DNA of 64,000 bases from a bacterium (GTDB lineage: Bacteria > Patescibacteriota > Minisyncoccia > Phycocordibacterales > UBA2100), in NCBI GenBank assembly GCA_009924895.1, contig RFQR01000003.1:1066-65065 (forward strand). Direction: 5' to 3'. Below are positions 36,156 through 47,312 of the stretch, piece after piece (positions within the stretch are counted from its first letter, which is position 1; each line of letters begins with the position of its first letter). The notes below the pieces were generated by a model. It saw nothing but the letters and a program-made list of their open reading frames with translations. It was not told the DNA's origin and did not search any database. Both the position numbers and the translations under genes were made by a program.

Positions 36156-37070
36156 GCCGGTGCTTACCCAATCAGAAGCGCTGTCTGTATCGCGTGCCAA
36201 CGATGAACGAATAAGCGACGAGCCGCGAGGAGGTGTGGAAGCTGGTGTCGCAAACACCGCGGTATCGGTACCCCACGATAGGGCATCGACTATCACACCA
36301 CTTGAATCACGAAGTATTAGCTGTTCGTTCTGCAACATCGGCTGTGAAAATACGGCGGCAACAACAAGAGAGGGCGTAATCCTCCAATACTGAGCGGTCG
36401 CGACTGTCGGTGAAATAACTATGTATGCTCCCGAATTCAATACTGTATTTGCTGCAATAGTCGCCTGAGCACGGCTCGTGGCAATAGTCCAGCGTGATAT
36501 ATCGACAGGTGAGGCGGTTGGATTATAAAGTTCAATCCAGAGATTTTCTGCATCGGTACCGTGTGAAGAGTCCGAGAATGGGTACACCTCACTAACCAGT
36601 ATATGGTTCACCGCTCCCCCGCTATTTGGAGCCGTAGACGGATTTTCGCCTGATTGCCCACTACACGCGACACCCGCAATCTTGCATGCAAGCTGCGAAG
36701 GGTTGAGTGTCACGGGAGGCACACCAGTTCCCGGCGATCCTCCGCCAAAATTAAATCCAGAAGCATAACTCGAACCCATCATAAAAATTGAGTCGGCAGG
36801 CCAACTATCCACTGGACTAATCGACACTATACACATGTATGGTACGCCAGAGAGACCCAAAAGCCACTGACCAACTGATTTTGGCGGACCGAATTGATAT
36901 GTTCTTGTAGAAGGGGTCCATACAAAATCACCGCCGTTTGGTGGACCAAGGCGTGCAAATATTGCCGAGTTGTAACACCCGCGCACTATCGAAGCCTGCC
37001 CTCCGAAGGGGTATGCTTGTGCAACAATCGGAACAATCAGCACAACAAGCGCAAGCCATGCTAAACGCAT
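36135..37070 (-). CDS. Secreted protein with C-terminal lamin-tail domain
   Basis: Signal peptide; ILVSEV, WIELYNPT..VDISRW, TPG motifs of the LTD. Confidence 0.78.
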   Translation of the reverse strand: MRLAWLALVVLIVPIVAQAYPFGGQASIVRGCYNSAIFARLGPPNGGDFVWTPSTRTYQFGPPKSVGQWLLGLSGVPYMCIVSISPVDSWPADSIFMMGSSYASGFNFGGGSPGTGVPPVTLNPSQLACKIAGVACSGQSGENPSTAPNSGGAVNHILVSEVYPFSDSSHGTDAENLWIELYNPTASPVDISRWTIATSRAQATIAANTVLNSGAYIVISPTVATAQYWRITPSLVVAAVFSQPMLQNEQLILRDSSGVIVDALSWGTDTAVFATPASTPPRGSSLIRSSLARDTDSASDWVSTGSPTPGR

Positions 37071-37126
37071 GCAGTTATTCTAGCACCATTCTTGCCGGGC
37101 CTAGTCTCGTGGTGAATACTGTGAGT

Positions 37127-37945
37127 ATGTTCTCCACTCAGGCATGGGCGGTTTCGATTGCTGTTATTCTTGCGCTTGGCGCGCTCGTCGTTGCACGCCA
37201 CCAGCCGAGAGTGGTGGGTGAGGGATCGGTATGGACCACTGAAGCCATTGTCGAACCTTCGCTTGAACGCCGGTTTGCATCGCAACAGATTCAAGGCGAA
37301 ACACTCACCGCTCAAGACCTTCCCCTTGTCACGTTACGTAGCGCAGAAGTGCCTCCTCTTACGGAGCAATCCGGCGCCGCACAGACAAATCCTGCAAATG
37401 TGGCAGGGGAGAGCATTCTCAGCTCAATAGTTGCCGCGCTACCTCATGGCACTCTGACATTAGACTCTCCGCCGCAGGCTGAAAAACGCAGCTCCTACCA
37501 GCAAAACCTTTACGACTATGGCAATGCCGCTGGTCGAATTATTGAAGCATATCAGGCCGAATACCAGGCGCGGCAAGTCCCGATTATGCGAGATTTTTAT
37601 GCAGACAGACAAAACCTTGAGAAGCAGGCGGCGGTGCAAAAAATGGCGAAGGCTCTCGAAGAGGTAGGAGACTCTTTACGCGCACTGGATTCTGTTCCGT
37701 CAGGTACGCTCATCACTCACCAAAAACTCGCGCGTGATTATGTGAGTGTCGGTCAAAATCTTGCCACGCTCTCTCGAAGCGCCACCGATCAATCGCTTTT
37801 GGAATCAATTTCTACGTACAACACGAGTGTCGAATCGCTTATCAAAGACTATGTCGCGCTTGCCGACATGTTTTCACTTGCACAAGTAACGTTTTCGAAC
37901 GACGACCCCGGTCGCGTATTTGTCTTCACAAGTGCGTCGCTGTAG
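37127..37945 (+). CDS. Hypothetical membrane-anchored helical protein
   Basis: N-terminal TM; LYDYGNAAG...VPS...H C-terminal helical domain similar in pattern to the next gene. Confidence 0.65.
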   Translation: MFSTQAWAVSIAVILALGALVVARHQPRVVGEGSVWTTEAIVEPSLERRFASQQIQGETLTAQDLPLVTLRSAEVPPLTEQSGAAQTNPANVAGESILSSIVAALPHGTLTLDSPPQAEKRSSYQQNLYDYGNAAGRIIEAYQAEYQARQVPIMRDFYADRQNLEKQAAVQKMAKALEEVGDSLRALDSVPSGTLITHQKLARDYVSVGQNLATLSRSATDQSLLESISTYNTSVESLIKDYVALADMFSLAQVTFSNDDPGRVFVFTSASL

Positions 37946-37993
37946 TACACACTTTTTTCATACACCTGCCGCTGGGCGCGGTATACTGAAGAG

Positions 37994-38809
37994 GTGAATT
38001 CATTTCGTTCCGCACTCGGTCGTGGGCGCTTTTTGATTAGCGCGGGGTTTTCGCTCTGTCTTGTTCTCGGTACGCTTTTCTATGTTGCACACACCAAGGA
38101 AATCGCTCAGCCACATTTCAGTCGAGTTACCGAAGTCGCGACCTCGACTGCATCTGGAGCAGAAAAACCAAAGTGGCAACAATACCTCCTCTCGCAAGCT
38201 TCAAGCCCTCCGCGCGCATCGGATGATGTGATTCTCTCGGGCGCAAGCGATGCGCTGACCGAACGCGTTTCGCAGCTGTACACCGTCATGCAGAAAGGGG
38301 GACTGTATACGCCCGAAAATCTAAGCCAGGTAGGAGCAACCGTCGCCGATACCATGAAATTGGAACCGACCTTTGACCGAATAACACGCGCCGAGCTTAC
38401 TATCGACCCTGATTCTTCATACGATCGCATGCTCACGTATCGCGCTGATATGCGCGTTGCGCTCGAGCCGCTTCTTACAAACAAAGAGCCCGAATTTGAG
38501 GTGTTTGCTCGATATCTCGAGACCAAAAATGAAATATATCTTGAACAGCTTGCAACTACTGCTGCAAACTACACGCGGGCAGCACGTCAGGCGCGCGCGG
38601 TTCCCGTTCCTGTTGACGCAGCTGAGGCACATGTCCGGACGATAAACTCACTCTCACTCTTTGCAACAACACTGACCCACATGAGCAAGCACGGCGCAGA
38701 CCCCGTTGCTTCTCTCATGCTCTTACGTGCATACAACGATGCTGAACAGGAAGTCTTTTCTGCATTCAACGAACTCGCACTGTATTACCGAAACAAAAAA
38801 CACGTATGA
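37994..38809 (+). CDS. Hypothetical membrane-anchored helical protein
   Basis: N-terminal TM; VPVPVDAAEAH...INS...DPVASL domain. Confidence 0.7.
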   Translation: MNSFRSALGRGRFLISAGFSLCLVLGTLFYVAHTKEIAQPHFSRVTEVATSTASGAEKPKWQQYLLSQASSPPRASDDVILSGASDALTERVSQLYTVMQKGGLYTPENLSQVGATVADTMKLEPTFDRITRAELTIDPDSSYDRMLTYRADMRVALEPLLTNKEPEFEVFARYLETKNEIYLEQLATTAANYTRAARQARAVPVPVDAAEAHVRTINSLSLFATTLTHMSKHGADPVASLMLLRAYNDAEQEVFSAFNELALYYRNKKHV

Positions 38810-40326
38810 AGCGCGCCTTTCTCGTTCTTATACTCGTACCCTTTTTTGCATCGGCCCAAAGTACGGGAGGTCCGAGCGCCCTCCTTACCCAGCCAGGCGG
38901 GCTTGGGAACTGCAGCCGCACCGGAGCGTACTCGATGAGTGTGGGTGCGTTTTCTGCAATCGGTGGTGTCTATGTGCCCGTAAACGATGCCGCAGTAACT
39001 CTCAACACCGGATATTTGGTCTACAAGGAATGTATCTTGCGTCCTGCGGTCAACAAGCAGCGCGAGGCGATAACTGCAGAAATGGTAGGAAAAGCGGCGA
39101 AAAGAATCCTAAACGGCAGAGACGGTGGGGCATACTACCTGCAGCGCTTTGATGAAGCAACCAAAATGGCAAACAAAGCGGCAGCAAGAGCGTTTGAAAT
39201 TATTCAACCTCAGGTAAAGCCTGAGGTTTTGCGCGCATCAGCGAAGCGGTACGTGGATAGCCAAAAGGTAAATCTTGAGTGTCCGAAAAAAGCAACCGCA
39301 CAATCGTCTGCATGGCAGAGCCTTGCGAATTTGCGAGATGAGCGCTGTGACGAGTACCGCGCCTCGCTAGCAGTTCGCTCGTATGTCGAAACGCAGGTCG
39401 CACTTGCCCAAGAGTGTTTTTGGAAGAATTTGCAATACGGCGAAGGCTTCTATCCTGTTACCGAGGAAGACCCCGACTCAGTTTGTGAGAAAATCCTTAC
39501 ACCGGCATCGGTGGTACGTGAAAGTTTCCAAAACATCATAAGCTCTCCTACGCGCCAAGCAGAAGCGGCAAATGATGTGGGGCAACTCATTAGCCCGCTT
39601 TTTGCGAACCTCGAATCGCAGGCTATTGGATCTGAAAAAGGCCTTGAGGGTTTACTCCAGGCTGCGGGGGGATTGCCGTCGTATATCGACCGCATGATGA
39701 GAGAGTCGGCATCGGGTGCCCGGGTGAGCGCTCTCAATATCGGCATCAGTATCCTTAATGCATACCGACAAATAGAATCAGATTATCTTGCCGCAAAAAC
39801 ATCAATAAAAACTGCGATCGAAAATGCAAAAAACCAGCTCCGCTCAGCTGAAAGCCAGTGCTGGAGCACAATCATCAGCAAAGTCTGCCAGTCAAACGTT
39901 ACCTCACAAAACACCTGCACTGATGCAACCGGGACTACGCTGCGCATCGCAACCACGACTTCCGCTTCTCAGGCGGTTATTGATTCTCAGATTACTCCAA
40001 TAGTCGGACAGGTTGACAGCGACATCACCAAATCACGCTCCGCACTCGACAGACTCAACGCAATTGCTGCAGGACTTACGAGCGGAAATTCCACCACCCA
40101 AGCACAAGCACTTGCACAACTTGACGCTCTCGCGGCAACAAACAGTATTCATAATCAATATGATCTGCAGCAGGCTCGCCAGCAACGAGACGATGCCACC
40201 AATGCCCTGAGTACGTTGGTACAAGACGCTATCAAGGCATGGCAAACATCAACCGATGTAACTACGGGGTGGTGCAATGTCGATAATGCCGCCGTGATTA
40301 CGCGTTGGAAAAATCAATGGAAATGA
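38806..40326 (+). CDS. Secreted Cys-containing hypothetical protein of the secretion cluster
   Basis: Signal peptide, VPVND motif, spaced cysteines, coiled-coil C-terminal half; ATGA coupling to upstream gene. Confidence 0.75.
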   Translation: MKRAFLVLILVPFFASAQSTGGPSALLTQPGGLGNCSRTGAYSMSVGAFSAIGGVYVPVNDAAVTLNTGYLVYKECILRPAVNKQREAITAEMVGKAAKRILNGRDGGAYYLQRFDEATKMANKAAARAFEIIQPQVKPEVLRASAKRYVDSQKVNLECPKKATAQSSAWQSLANLRDERCDEYRASLAVRSYVETQVALAQECFWKNLQYGEGFYPVTEEDPDSVCEKILTPASVVRESFQNIISSPTRQAEAANDVGQLISPLFANLESQAIGSEKGLEGLLQAAGGLPSYIDRMMRESASGARVSALNIGISILNAYRQIESDYLAAKTSIKTAIENAKNQLRSAESQCWSTIISKVCQSNVTSQNTCTDATGTTLRIATTTSASQAVIDSQITPIVGQVDSDITKSRSALDRLNAIAAGLTSGNSTTQAQALAQLDALAATNSIHNQYDLQQARQQRDDATNALSTLVQDAIKAWQTSTDVTTGWCNVDNAAVITRWKNQWK

Positions 40327-42692
40327 GTATGAAAAGATTCATTATTTTGTTTACTTTTGTTCTCATATCGGTCTCTACATCTCTCACTTTTCCTTCACAC
40401 GCAGATGCAGCCTCATGCCCTGCAGGAACAACTGCTAAACCAAAAATGGAACCTATCACGGGACTAACAATGGTCGACGGCTGCTACAGAGGTGACAAAC
40501 TGGTAGGCTATGCTGGTTTCAATTCATATGTACAAATTGAACCAATCTCATGCAAGGGTACGTATAACTACTCAAAGAACCTTCCCGATTGTATTTTACG
40601 GAGTTTTTCTGTTTGGGCTGGCACTACGCTCATATCAGCTTCTGCTTTTCTGCTCACTATAACTGGTCTTTTATTCAACCTAGTTATCACGAAAACTATA
40701 GCGCTCTTTAGCACCACACTTGCCACTACGGGGGCGCAATCGTTTATAAATGTGGCTTGGACGATTTTCCGCGATATTGCAAACATTCTTATCGTCGGCA
40801 TATTTATCTACCTCGCAATTATGATTATTGCAGGTCAAAACTCGCGTGGCAAAAAACAATACATAGCACATGTGATTGTCGTTGCTACACTCATAAACTT
40901 TAGCCTCCTTTTTTCGGTCACCATTGTCAAAGTTGGAAACGCCGTTGCTACCACAATTTATCCCGCTCTTACCGGCGAACCTGTTGCATCACTCCAAAAG
41001 GATGGCTGGGGTGGAGGAGTTGGTTTTGGTATAACAACCAACGATCCTCGGGCATTTCCGAGAGATGGTGTCGCTGGCAGTTTCATAAAAATGCTTGGTA
41101 TTACGGGTCTTTCGGACACAAAAGAGATGCTTGATGAAGTAGCCGAAACAAACGACAGCGCATCTCTTCCTATACTTCACGGTCTCTTTGCTGCAACAGT
41201 GCTTCTCTTTGCTAGTGCTGTATTTTTATTCGCGAGCTTGCTTTTAGTAGTCCGTGTTGTCATACTTCTTTTTCTGATGATACTCGGCCCGATTGCTTTT
41301 GCCGCTTTTTTGATTCCGAACTATTCAGACAAATTTCTTTTATGGTGGCGCAATCTTATCCAATACTCACTGATTGCCCCGGTATTGTTTCTTCTTCTTT
41401 TAGTCACTAAGCAAATGGCAACAGCAGTAACAGCAGGCTCCGGTGGCGGGACGCTTGGGGGAGCGTTGGGCAAACCGGGCGAATACACTAATATTGTTGC
41501 ATTCCTAAACTATTTCCTTGTCGTCGGCATGCTGGTTCTAACCGTATATCTTACGATCAGGTTTGCGCAGGTGGTCGCGGGAGGAAATTGGGCGGCAGCT
41601 CTCACCCTGCTTCCTATCACAGGAACTGCGCTTGGCGCCGCTGCGGTTCTGCGCAATTGGCGCGGTGCAAGAGCATATCGTGAAATCAATCAACGAAATA
41701 CCGAGATCGAAGCTACAAAGATGGACCGTAGCTTGACGAGTGAAGCGCGGATCGAAAAACTGAGAAGTCTCATGGAAATGCGTGACAAGGCAACGCTCCG
41801 CTCAGGAAAGGAATACAACGCAATGAATGCAAAAGTATTTGGTCGCTCAATTGGCGATAGGATCGGCGGTTTGGTGGGAACTGTGCCTAAACCATTGTCA
41901 AGAGTTATCACTGGTACAACCGAGGGTGGTGGTTACGCGGGCCGTGTAAAAACCGCTGTCAAAGAAGGTGAGGGCGAGTTCAAGGATCTTGGATACTCAG
42001 GCGCAGAACAAGAGAAATTCATCACGAATTTGCAAAAAGAAACAGCACAACAAAAGGAAACCGTTGAGAATAGTCGCAGGGCTGCCAAAGAACTTGCGGA
42101 CGAGACTCGTGATTCACTGCAAAGCGCTCGAGACGAGGCGAAGACCGCAGCGACTATAGAGATGAATCCGCTAACGAAACGTCAACAAATAGAAGTAAAA
42201 AAGCAAGTAGACACCTTGAAAGACAAGCCCGCGGACGAACGAGAAACCGCAATGAGCGGCATGAGAGAAAGGATAAGAAAAGCGGTTCGGGCAAGCCTTA
42301 AATATCATGATGCTGAAACTGAACTTAAACTCCATGATCGTGATGTTAATACCTCAATGCGGCGCTTTGATGCAACGAGCGCGCGGCTCGATGCGCAGTT
42401 ACAAGAACAGCGCCAAGAAGGACTCACTCAACTGCAAGGATACGCTCAGGCGCTGGGTAATCAGATTGCAAGCAAAGTCGGGGACGATGTGGGCAAGGCT
42501 ATTGCCAAGAACGTCGGGATTAGCGACTCTTTGAAACAGTTCAAAAAAGAGCTTGAGAAGTTGCCGAAGGCAGTTACCTCAGCACAACAGCGCGCCACTC
42601 GCTTAGATCGCCGAGCAAGTACGCTTGAAGCCCGAACTGGCCTGCGCTCTCCTGGTCCCACCGACGGCACGTTCCCGCCTCCTCGCGCCTAA
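40323..42692 (+). CDS. VirB6/TrbL-like polytopic membrane protein with C-terminal coiled coil
   Basis: WTIFRDIAN, LINFSL, RVVILLFLMILGPIAFAAFLIP..WW pattern; many TM helices. Confidence 0.72.
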   Translation: MSMKRFIILFTFVLISVSTSLTFPSHADAASCPAGTTAKPKMEPITGLTMVDGCYRGDKLVGYAGFNSYVQIEPISCKGTYNYSKNLPDCILRSFSVWAGTTLISASAFLLTITGLLFNLVITKTIALFSTTLATTGAQSFINVAWTIFRDIANILIVGIFIYLAIMIIAGQNSRGKKQYIAHVIVVATLINFSLLFSVTIVKVGNAVATTIYPALTGEPVASLQKDGWGGGVGFGITTNDPRAFPRDGVAGSFIKMLGITGLSDTKEMLDEVAETNDSASLPILHGLFAATVLLFASAVFLFASLLLVVRVVILLFLMILGPIAFAAFLIPNYSDKFLLWWRNLIQYSLIAPVLFLLLLVTKQMATAVTAGSGGGTLGGALGKPGEYTNIVAFLNYFLVVGMLVLTVYLTIRFAQVVAGGNWAAALTLLPITGTALGAAAVLRNWRGARAYREINQRNTEIEATKMDRSLTSEARIEKLRSLMEMRDKATLRSGKEYNAMNAKVFGRSIGDRIGGLVGTVPKPLSRVITGTTEGGGYAGRVKTAVKEGEGEFKDLGYSGAEQEKFITNLQKETAQQKETVENSRRAAKELADETRDSLQSARDEAKTAATIEMNPLTKRQQIEVKKQVDTLKDKPADERETAMSGMRERIRKAVRASLKYHDAETELKLHDRDVNTSMRRFDATSARLDAQLQEQRQEGLTQLQGYAQALGNQIASKVGDDVGKAIAKNVGISDSLKQFKKELEKLPKAVTSAQQRATRLDRRASTLEARTGLRSPGPTDGTFPPPRA

Positions 42693-42698
42693 CACGGT

Positions 42699-43271
42699 AT
42701 GAACACTCCTTCATCTCAACAAGATATCGTTGCCCTGCTCCACGAACGCTTTAGTGCGCTACCGCAAGTGGTGCAAGATGCGATTCGGTCCTCGGATATT
42801 GAACATCAGTTACAGGGCCTTGCTCGTACACACAAACTGCACCTTGATCAATGGGAGCTCTTGGAAAACGAAGTGTTACTTGCTCTCCTTGGCGTAACCT
42901 CGGCGGGAGATCTTCAGAGCGCAATCCAATCAAAAACGGGCATAGATACAGATTCTGCCAAAGCTCTTACCAGTGATATTTCCGCGGCTATTTTTGAACC
43001 AATTCGAGCCGAGTTGGAACGCGACCTCGATCACCCGAGCGCAGTAGAAAAACAGGAAACTGCGGTAGAACAAGTGCGCACCGAGCTCCTTGCAGAATCT
43101 AAACGTGACGCTTCGGTATTGTTGCCAGCACCAAAAGCACCTGCCGTTGCCCCGACCACGCCACCACCTCCTAAACCCGAAACAAAAGCGGTACGTGAGA
43201 TAGTGCCGTCGGTAGAAATCTCGTCTCCTAAAAAGATCGCTATAAACGACCCCTACCGCGAACAGGTGTAG
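42699..43271 (+). CDS. Conserved hypothetical protein
   Basis: LPQVVQDAI, HKLHLDQ, IFEPIR, C-terminal DPYRE. Confidence 0.75.
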   Translation: MNTPSSQQDIVALLHERFSALPQVVQDAIRSSDIEHQLQGLARTHKLHLDQWELLENEVLLALLGVTSAGDLQSAIQSKTGIDTDSAKALTSDISAAIFEPIRAELERDLDHPSAVEKQETAVEQVRTELLAESKRDASVLLPAPKAPAVAPTTPPPPKPETKAVREIVPSVEISSPKKIAINDPYREQV

Positions 43272-43314
43272 AAAACTCGAAAGCCACTTCTTCAAAAGAG
43301 CTATACTGTAGAGA

Positions 43315-43815
43315 ATGCAGTTTCAAGTACCGCAATTTATTGAGGTCGAGGATAAGATTTTTGGTCCTCTCACCTTTAAGCAGTTTGTCTACGTCCTCGG
43401 TGGACTCGGATGCGCCTATCTTGCGTATCGCATGCTGCCCCTTTACGCTGCTGCGCCGTTTATGCTCTTAGGCGCGGCGGCAGGCGGAGCACTCGCTTTT
43501 ATGGAATACAATGGGCGGCCTCTCATACTTGCGCTTGAGCATGGTTTTTTCTTTTTGATTCGCTCGAAGCTGTACCTCTGGAACAACACCCGCCAGTTGC
43601 CGGTACGCGCTCCGACGAAAGACGCGACACCGCAGCCCCTGCCGTATGTTCCTCGTTTGTCGGAGAGTAGGCTGCATGAACTCTCGTGGAGCCTTGATAT
43701 AAAAGAGCGCATCAGTGATGGCGTTGCGACCCAAAAAGATCGCACACAGAACACTAATTCTTTGAGCACCATCGTCGCGCCCGTGCGCACTGCGCGAGAA
43801 AGTCTGATACGATGA
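43315..43815 (+). CDS. PrgI family (VirB3-like) protein
   Basis: MQFQVPQFIEVEDKIFGPLTFKQF plus two TM helices and NGRP. Confidence 0.85.
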   Translation: MQFQVPQFIEVEDKIFGPLTFKQFVYVLGGLGCAYLAYRMLPLYAAAPFMLLGAAAGGALAFMEYNGRPLILALEHGFFFLIRSKLYLWNNTRQLPVRAPTKDATPQPLPYVPRLSESRLHELSWSLDIKERISDGVATQKDRTQNTNSLSTIVAPVRTARESLIR

Positions 43816-43822
43816 CCCTCGT

Positions 43823-44467
43823 ATGCCACCAACTACACGCGCGGCCACCAATGCAACACAGGATTTCGTACCCATACAAGAGGTGCGCGACGGTATCGTA
43901 GTCCTCAAGGACGGAAGCTACCGCGCGATTCTCCTTGCCTCGTCAATCAATTTTGCCTTGAAATCAGAAGACGAACAGACCGCATTTATCGTGCAGTTTC
44001 AGAGCTTTCTCAACTCCCTTGATTTTTCATGTGAGATTTTCGTCCAGTCGCGCATGCTCGACATTCGCCCCTATCTTGCAACCCTCGAAGCGCAGTACAA
44101 AAAGCAGCTCGATGATTTGATGCGCATTCAGATTCGCGAATACATCGGCTTTGTCAAAAGCTTTACCGAAGCGGCAAGTATTATGTCGAAAAACTTTTTT
44201 GTCGTCGTCCCATATGCACCGAATGTTATTGAAACAAAAAAAGGCGGGCTCTTTTCTTTTGGCTCGACCTCCGCGTCGGTGACAAAAGATCGTTCATTTG
44301 AGGAACACCTCTCGCAGCTCGAACAGCGCATCTCAATCGTACAGCAGGGCCTCGCGCGCACCGGGGTACGCACCGTACAGCTCGGAACGGAAGAGGCGAT
44401 TGAGTTGTTCTATAAATTATTTAATCCAGGGGAAGACAGTAAGCCAATGTCCTTGACTAACAGGTAG
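43823..44467 (+). CDS. VirB4/TraC-associated protein (N-terminal-domain-like)
   Basis: TQDFVPIQEVRDG, SSINFALKSEDEQ, FLNSLDF, YKLFNP; lies between PrgI and VirB4 genes. Confidence 0.75.
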   Translation: MPPTTRAATNATQDFVPIQEVRDGIVVLKDGSYRAILLASSINFALKSEDEQTAFIVQFQSFLNSLDFSCEIFVQSRMLDIRPYLATLEAQYKKQLDDLMRIQIREYIGFVKSFTEAASIMSKNFFVVVPYAPNVIETKKGGLFSFGSTSASVTKDRSFEEHLSQLEQRISIVQQGLARTGVRTVQLGTEEAIELFYKLFNPGEDSKPMSLTNR

Positions 44468-44517
44468 GCGTTACCGTGCCATCGGGGCGGTTTTTTGCGG
44501 TATACTTTTTCTAACGT

Positions 44518-46350
44518 ATGGGTCTTTTTGATTTTATTGCGCCAAAAAAAGAAGTCGCATCGGTGCGGCCTGTGCTTCCTGACGACATCTATCAGAGCGG
44601 TACTCTCGAGCTGCAAGATGTTATCGCGCCGCACGCGCTCAAAATAAATCCGCGCGAACTGGATTTGGGCGAGCGTATTGCGCGTACTTTTTTCGTGATC
44701 TCCTATCCACGCTTTCTCACGACAGGTTGGTTCGCCCCCATCATCAACATGGACAAAGTCATTGACGTGGCGATTTATATACACCCCCTCAATTCGAACG
44801 ACATGCTGCGTAAGTTTCAAAAAAAAGTAGCAGAAGTTCAGAGTCAAATCTCGCAGCGAGAAGAGAAGGGGATGGTGCGCGATCCGTTACTCGATACCGC
44901 ATACCAAGACATAGAGCATCTGCGCGACCAGCTGCAGCAGGCACAAGAGCGTATTTTTGATGTTGGCCTCTATATCACCATCTATGGCAATACCCGCGAG
45001 GAGCTTGATAAGGTGGAGTCCGAGGTGCGCTCTATTCTTGAATCGCGACTCATTTACATTCGTCCGGCGCTTTTTCAGCAAGAACAAGGCTTTCGTTCCG
45101 TATTACCGCTGTGCTCCGACGAGCTTGAGGTCCACACCAAATTGAACTCGCAGCCGCTCTCGTCGATTTTTCCTTTTATCTCGTTTGACCTTACCTCTGA
45201 TCGCGGTATTCTCTACGGCGTCAATCGCCACAACTCATCACTCATTCTCTTTGACCGTTTCTCGCTCGAAAACTATAACTCCGTTACGTTTGCGAAATCT
45301 GGTAGCGGAAAAAGCTATACAACAAAGCTCGAGATACTTCGATCGCTGATGTTTGATGCCGAAGTAATTGTGATTGACCCCGAGCGCGAATATGAATATC
45401 TCGCAGAGACCGTGGGTGGTCGCTACTTTAACATCTCGCTCTCCTCGGAGCACCATATCAATCCGTTTGACTTACCAATCCCGCGTGAAGATGAGAATCC
45501 CACTGATGTTCTGCGCAATAACATCATTACGCTTGTCGGACTCTTCCGTATCATGCTCGGCGGTCTTACCCCCGAAGAAGATGCAATTATTGATAAAGCA
45601 ATTACCGAGACGTATGCGCTTAAGGACATTACTCCCGATGCAAACTTTGCACAGGTAGAGCCTCCGCTTCTCTCAGACTTTGAACTCGTGCTCTCAGGCA
45701 TGGAAGGATCTGATTCTCTCGTGCAGCGTCTTTCAAAATACACGAAAGGCACCTGGTCGGGCTTTATGAATCGACCGACGAACGTCGACATGAACAAAAA
45801 GCTCGTTGTTTTTTCCGTACGCGACATGGAAGACGACTTGAAGCCCGTTGCAATGTACATTATTACGCATCATATCTGGACTGTGGTGCGCAAAGAGCTG
45901 CGCAAGCGCCTCTTGGTAATTGATGAGGCGTGGTGGATGATGAAGTCGGAAGATACTGCATCCTTCTTGTTCGGTATCATAAAGCGCGGCCGTAAATACT
46001 ATCTCGGCGTTTCTACGATTACGCAAGACGTGTCTGACTTTTTAAACTCTCCCTACGGAGTACCAATGATTACGAACTCCTCGATTCAGCTGCTCTTGCG
46101 TCAGTCGCCGACATCGGTCGACCTCGTGCAACAAACGTTTAAACTTTCAGATGAAGAGAAATACCTGCTTCTCGAGTCTGATGTAGGGGAGGGAATCTTT
46201 TTTGCCGGCCTCAAACATGTTGCGATTAAAGTCATCGCGAGCTATACTGAGGACCAAATTATTACCTCTGATCCATCGCAAATTTTGGCAATTAAAAAGG
46301 CAAAACAAGATCTTGCGGCACAGCAGGAAGCCAGCGCTCCCGCGGTATGA
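44518..46350 (+). CDS. VirB4/TraC-like type IV secretion ATPase
   Basis: Walker A AKSGSGKS, IDPEREY, INPFD, Walker B VIDEAW, RGRKY, TITQD. Confidence 0.9.
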   Translation: MGLFDFIAPKKEVASVRPVLPDDIYQSGTLELQDVIAPHALKINPRELDLGERIARTFFVISYPRFLTTGWFAPIINMDKVIDVAIYIHPLNSNDMLRKFQKKVAEVQSQISQREEKGMVRDPLLDTAYQDIEHLRDQLQQAQERIFDVGLYITIYGNTREELDKVESEVRSILESRLIYIRPALFQQEQGFRSVLPLCSDELEVHTKLNSQPLSSIFPFISFDLTSDRGILYGVNRHNSSLILFDRFSLENYNSVTFAKSGSGKSYTTKLEILRSLMFDAEVIVIDPEREYEYLAETVGGRYFNISLSSEHHINPFDLPIPREDENPTDVLRNNIITLVGLFRIMLGGLTPEEDAIIDKAITETYALKDITPDANFAQVEPPLLSDFELVLSGMEGSDSLVQRLSKYTKGTWSGFMNRPTNVDMNKKLVVFSVRDMEDDLKPVAMYIITHHIWTVVRKELRKRLLVIDEAWWMMKSEDTASFLFGIIKRGRKYYLGVSTITQDVSDFLNSPYGVPMITNSSIQLLLRQSPTSVDLVQQTFKLSDEEKYLLLESDVGEGIFFAGLKHVAIKVIASYTEDQIITSDPSQILAIKKAKQDLAAQQEASAPAV

Positions 46351-47312
46351 GATTTTTGATTATTGTGCTTCTCTTGAGCGCGAGCCCTCTCTACGCACAA
46401 ACGTTCCAAGCCCCGCTTGAGCCGTCATTCTCCCTCAGTCCTTCCATCGTTACCCCCGGTGCTACGGTCCTGATTACTCTTAAAAATGTAGAAAACGCAC
46501 GGACTACCATGGTGCGCTGGTTTCGAGATGGAGTGCTTGTGGGCAGCGGGATCGGCATGACTGATATGCAAATAACCGCAAGCAATGCAGGCATAACATC
46601 AGTCGTCCAGGCGCAGCTTGAGAGTGGTGAGTCCGCAGAAATTCGCATACAACCTACATCGGTCGATCTTCTCTGGAGCGCTGATTCCTATGTTGCCCCC
46701 TTTTTTAAGGGAAGAGCACTTGCGGGGGCGGGGAGTGTCCTCCGATTTGAGGCGCTGCCTCACCTCTATCGTGACGGCGCCGCGCTTCCCGTTTCCGATC
46801 TCTTTTTTGTGTGGAAGGTAGACGGCGCCACGAAAAAGAATCTCTCGGGACGGGGGCGAAATACGATTGCGCTGCCCGACTCCTCGTTTCGCGTCGATGA
46901 AGTATCCGTCACCGTTGAAAATGATGATGGAACGATTCGGGGAACGGCACAGATGCGCATACCCCAGAGAGATACCGTACTCGAACTGTACCAAGAGCAT
47001 CCCCTCTTTGGCGTACTATTTCATAGTCCCATTCCCGACCAGTTTGTTACCAATAGCCGCGACATCATTGTCTTTGGAGTCCCGTGGTACGCCGGCACGG
47101 CGCAGGGAACTCGCGGGATTCAATACGAGTGGAAACTTGGTGAAAAGCAAGCACAGATTGACGAAGCCCATCCGTACCACATGTCAATTAACGCGAGCGC
47201 TCCGGTGAGTACTCAGGTCACCCTCTCAATACGCAACACCGCAACGTGGCTTGAAGACACGCGACGTACCTGGACGCTCTTTTTGGGCGAACGCGGTACA
47301 CTACTGCCATGA
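46347..47312 (+). CDS. Secreted protein with Ig-like beta repeats
   Basis: Signal peptide; repeated W..DG / YEW motifs; DLLWSADSYVAPFFKGRAL. Confidence 0.7.
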   Translation: MRFLIIVLLLSASPLYAQTFQAPLEPSFSLSPSIVTPGATVLITLKNVENARTTMVRWFRDGVLVGSGIGMTDMQITASNAGITSVVQAQLESGESAEIRIQPTSVDLLWSADSYVAPFFKGRALAGAGSVLRFEALPHLYRDGAALPVSDLFFVWKVDGATKKNLSGRGRNTIALPDSSFRVDEVSVTVENDDGTIRGTAQMRIPQRDTVLELYQEHPLFGVLFHSPIPDQFVTNSRDIIVFGVPWYAGTAQGTRGIQYEWKLGEKQAQIDEAHPYHMSINASAPVSTQVTLSIRNTATWLEDTRRTWTLFLGERGTLLP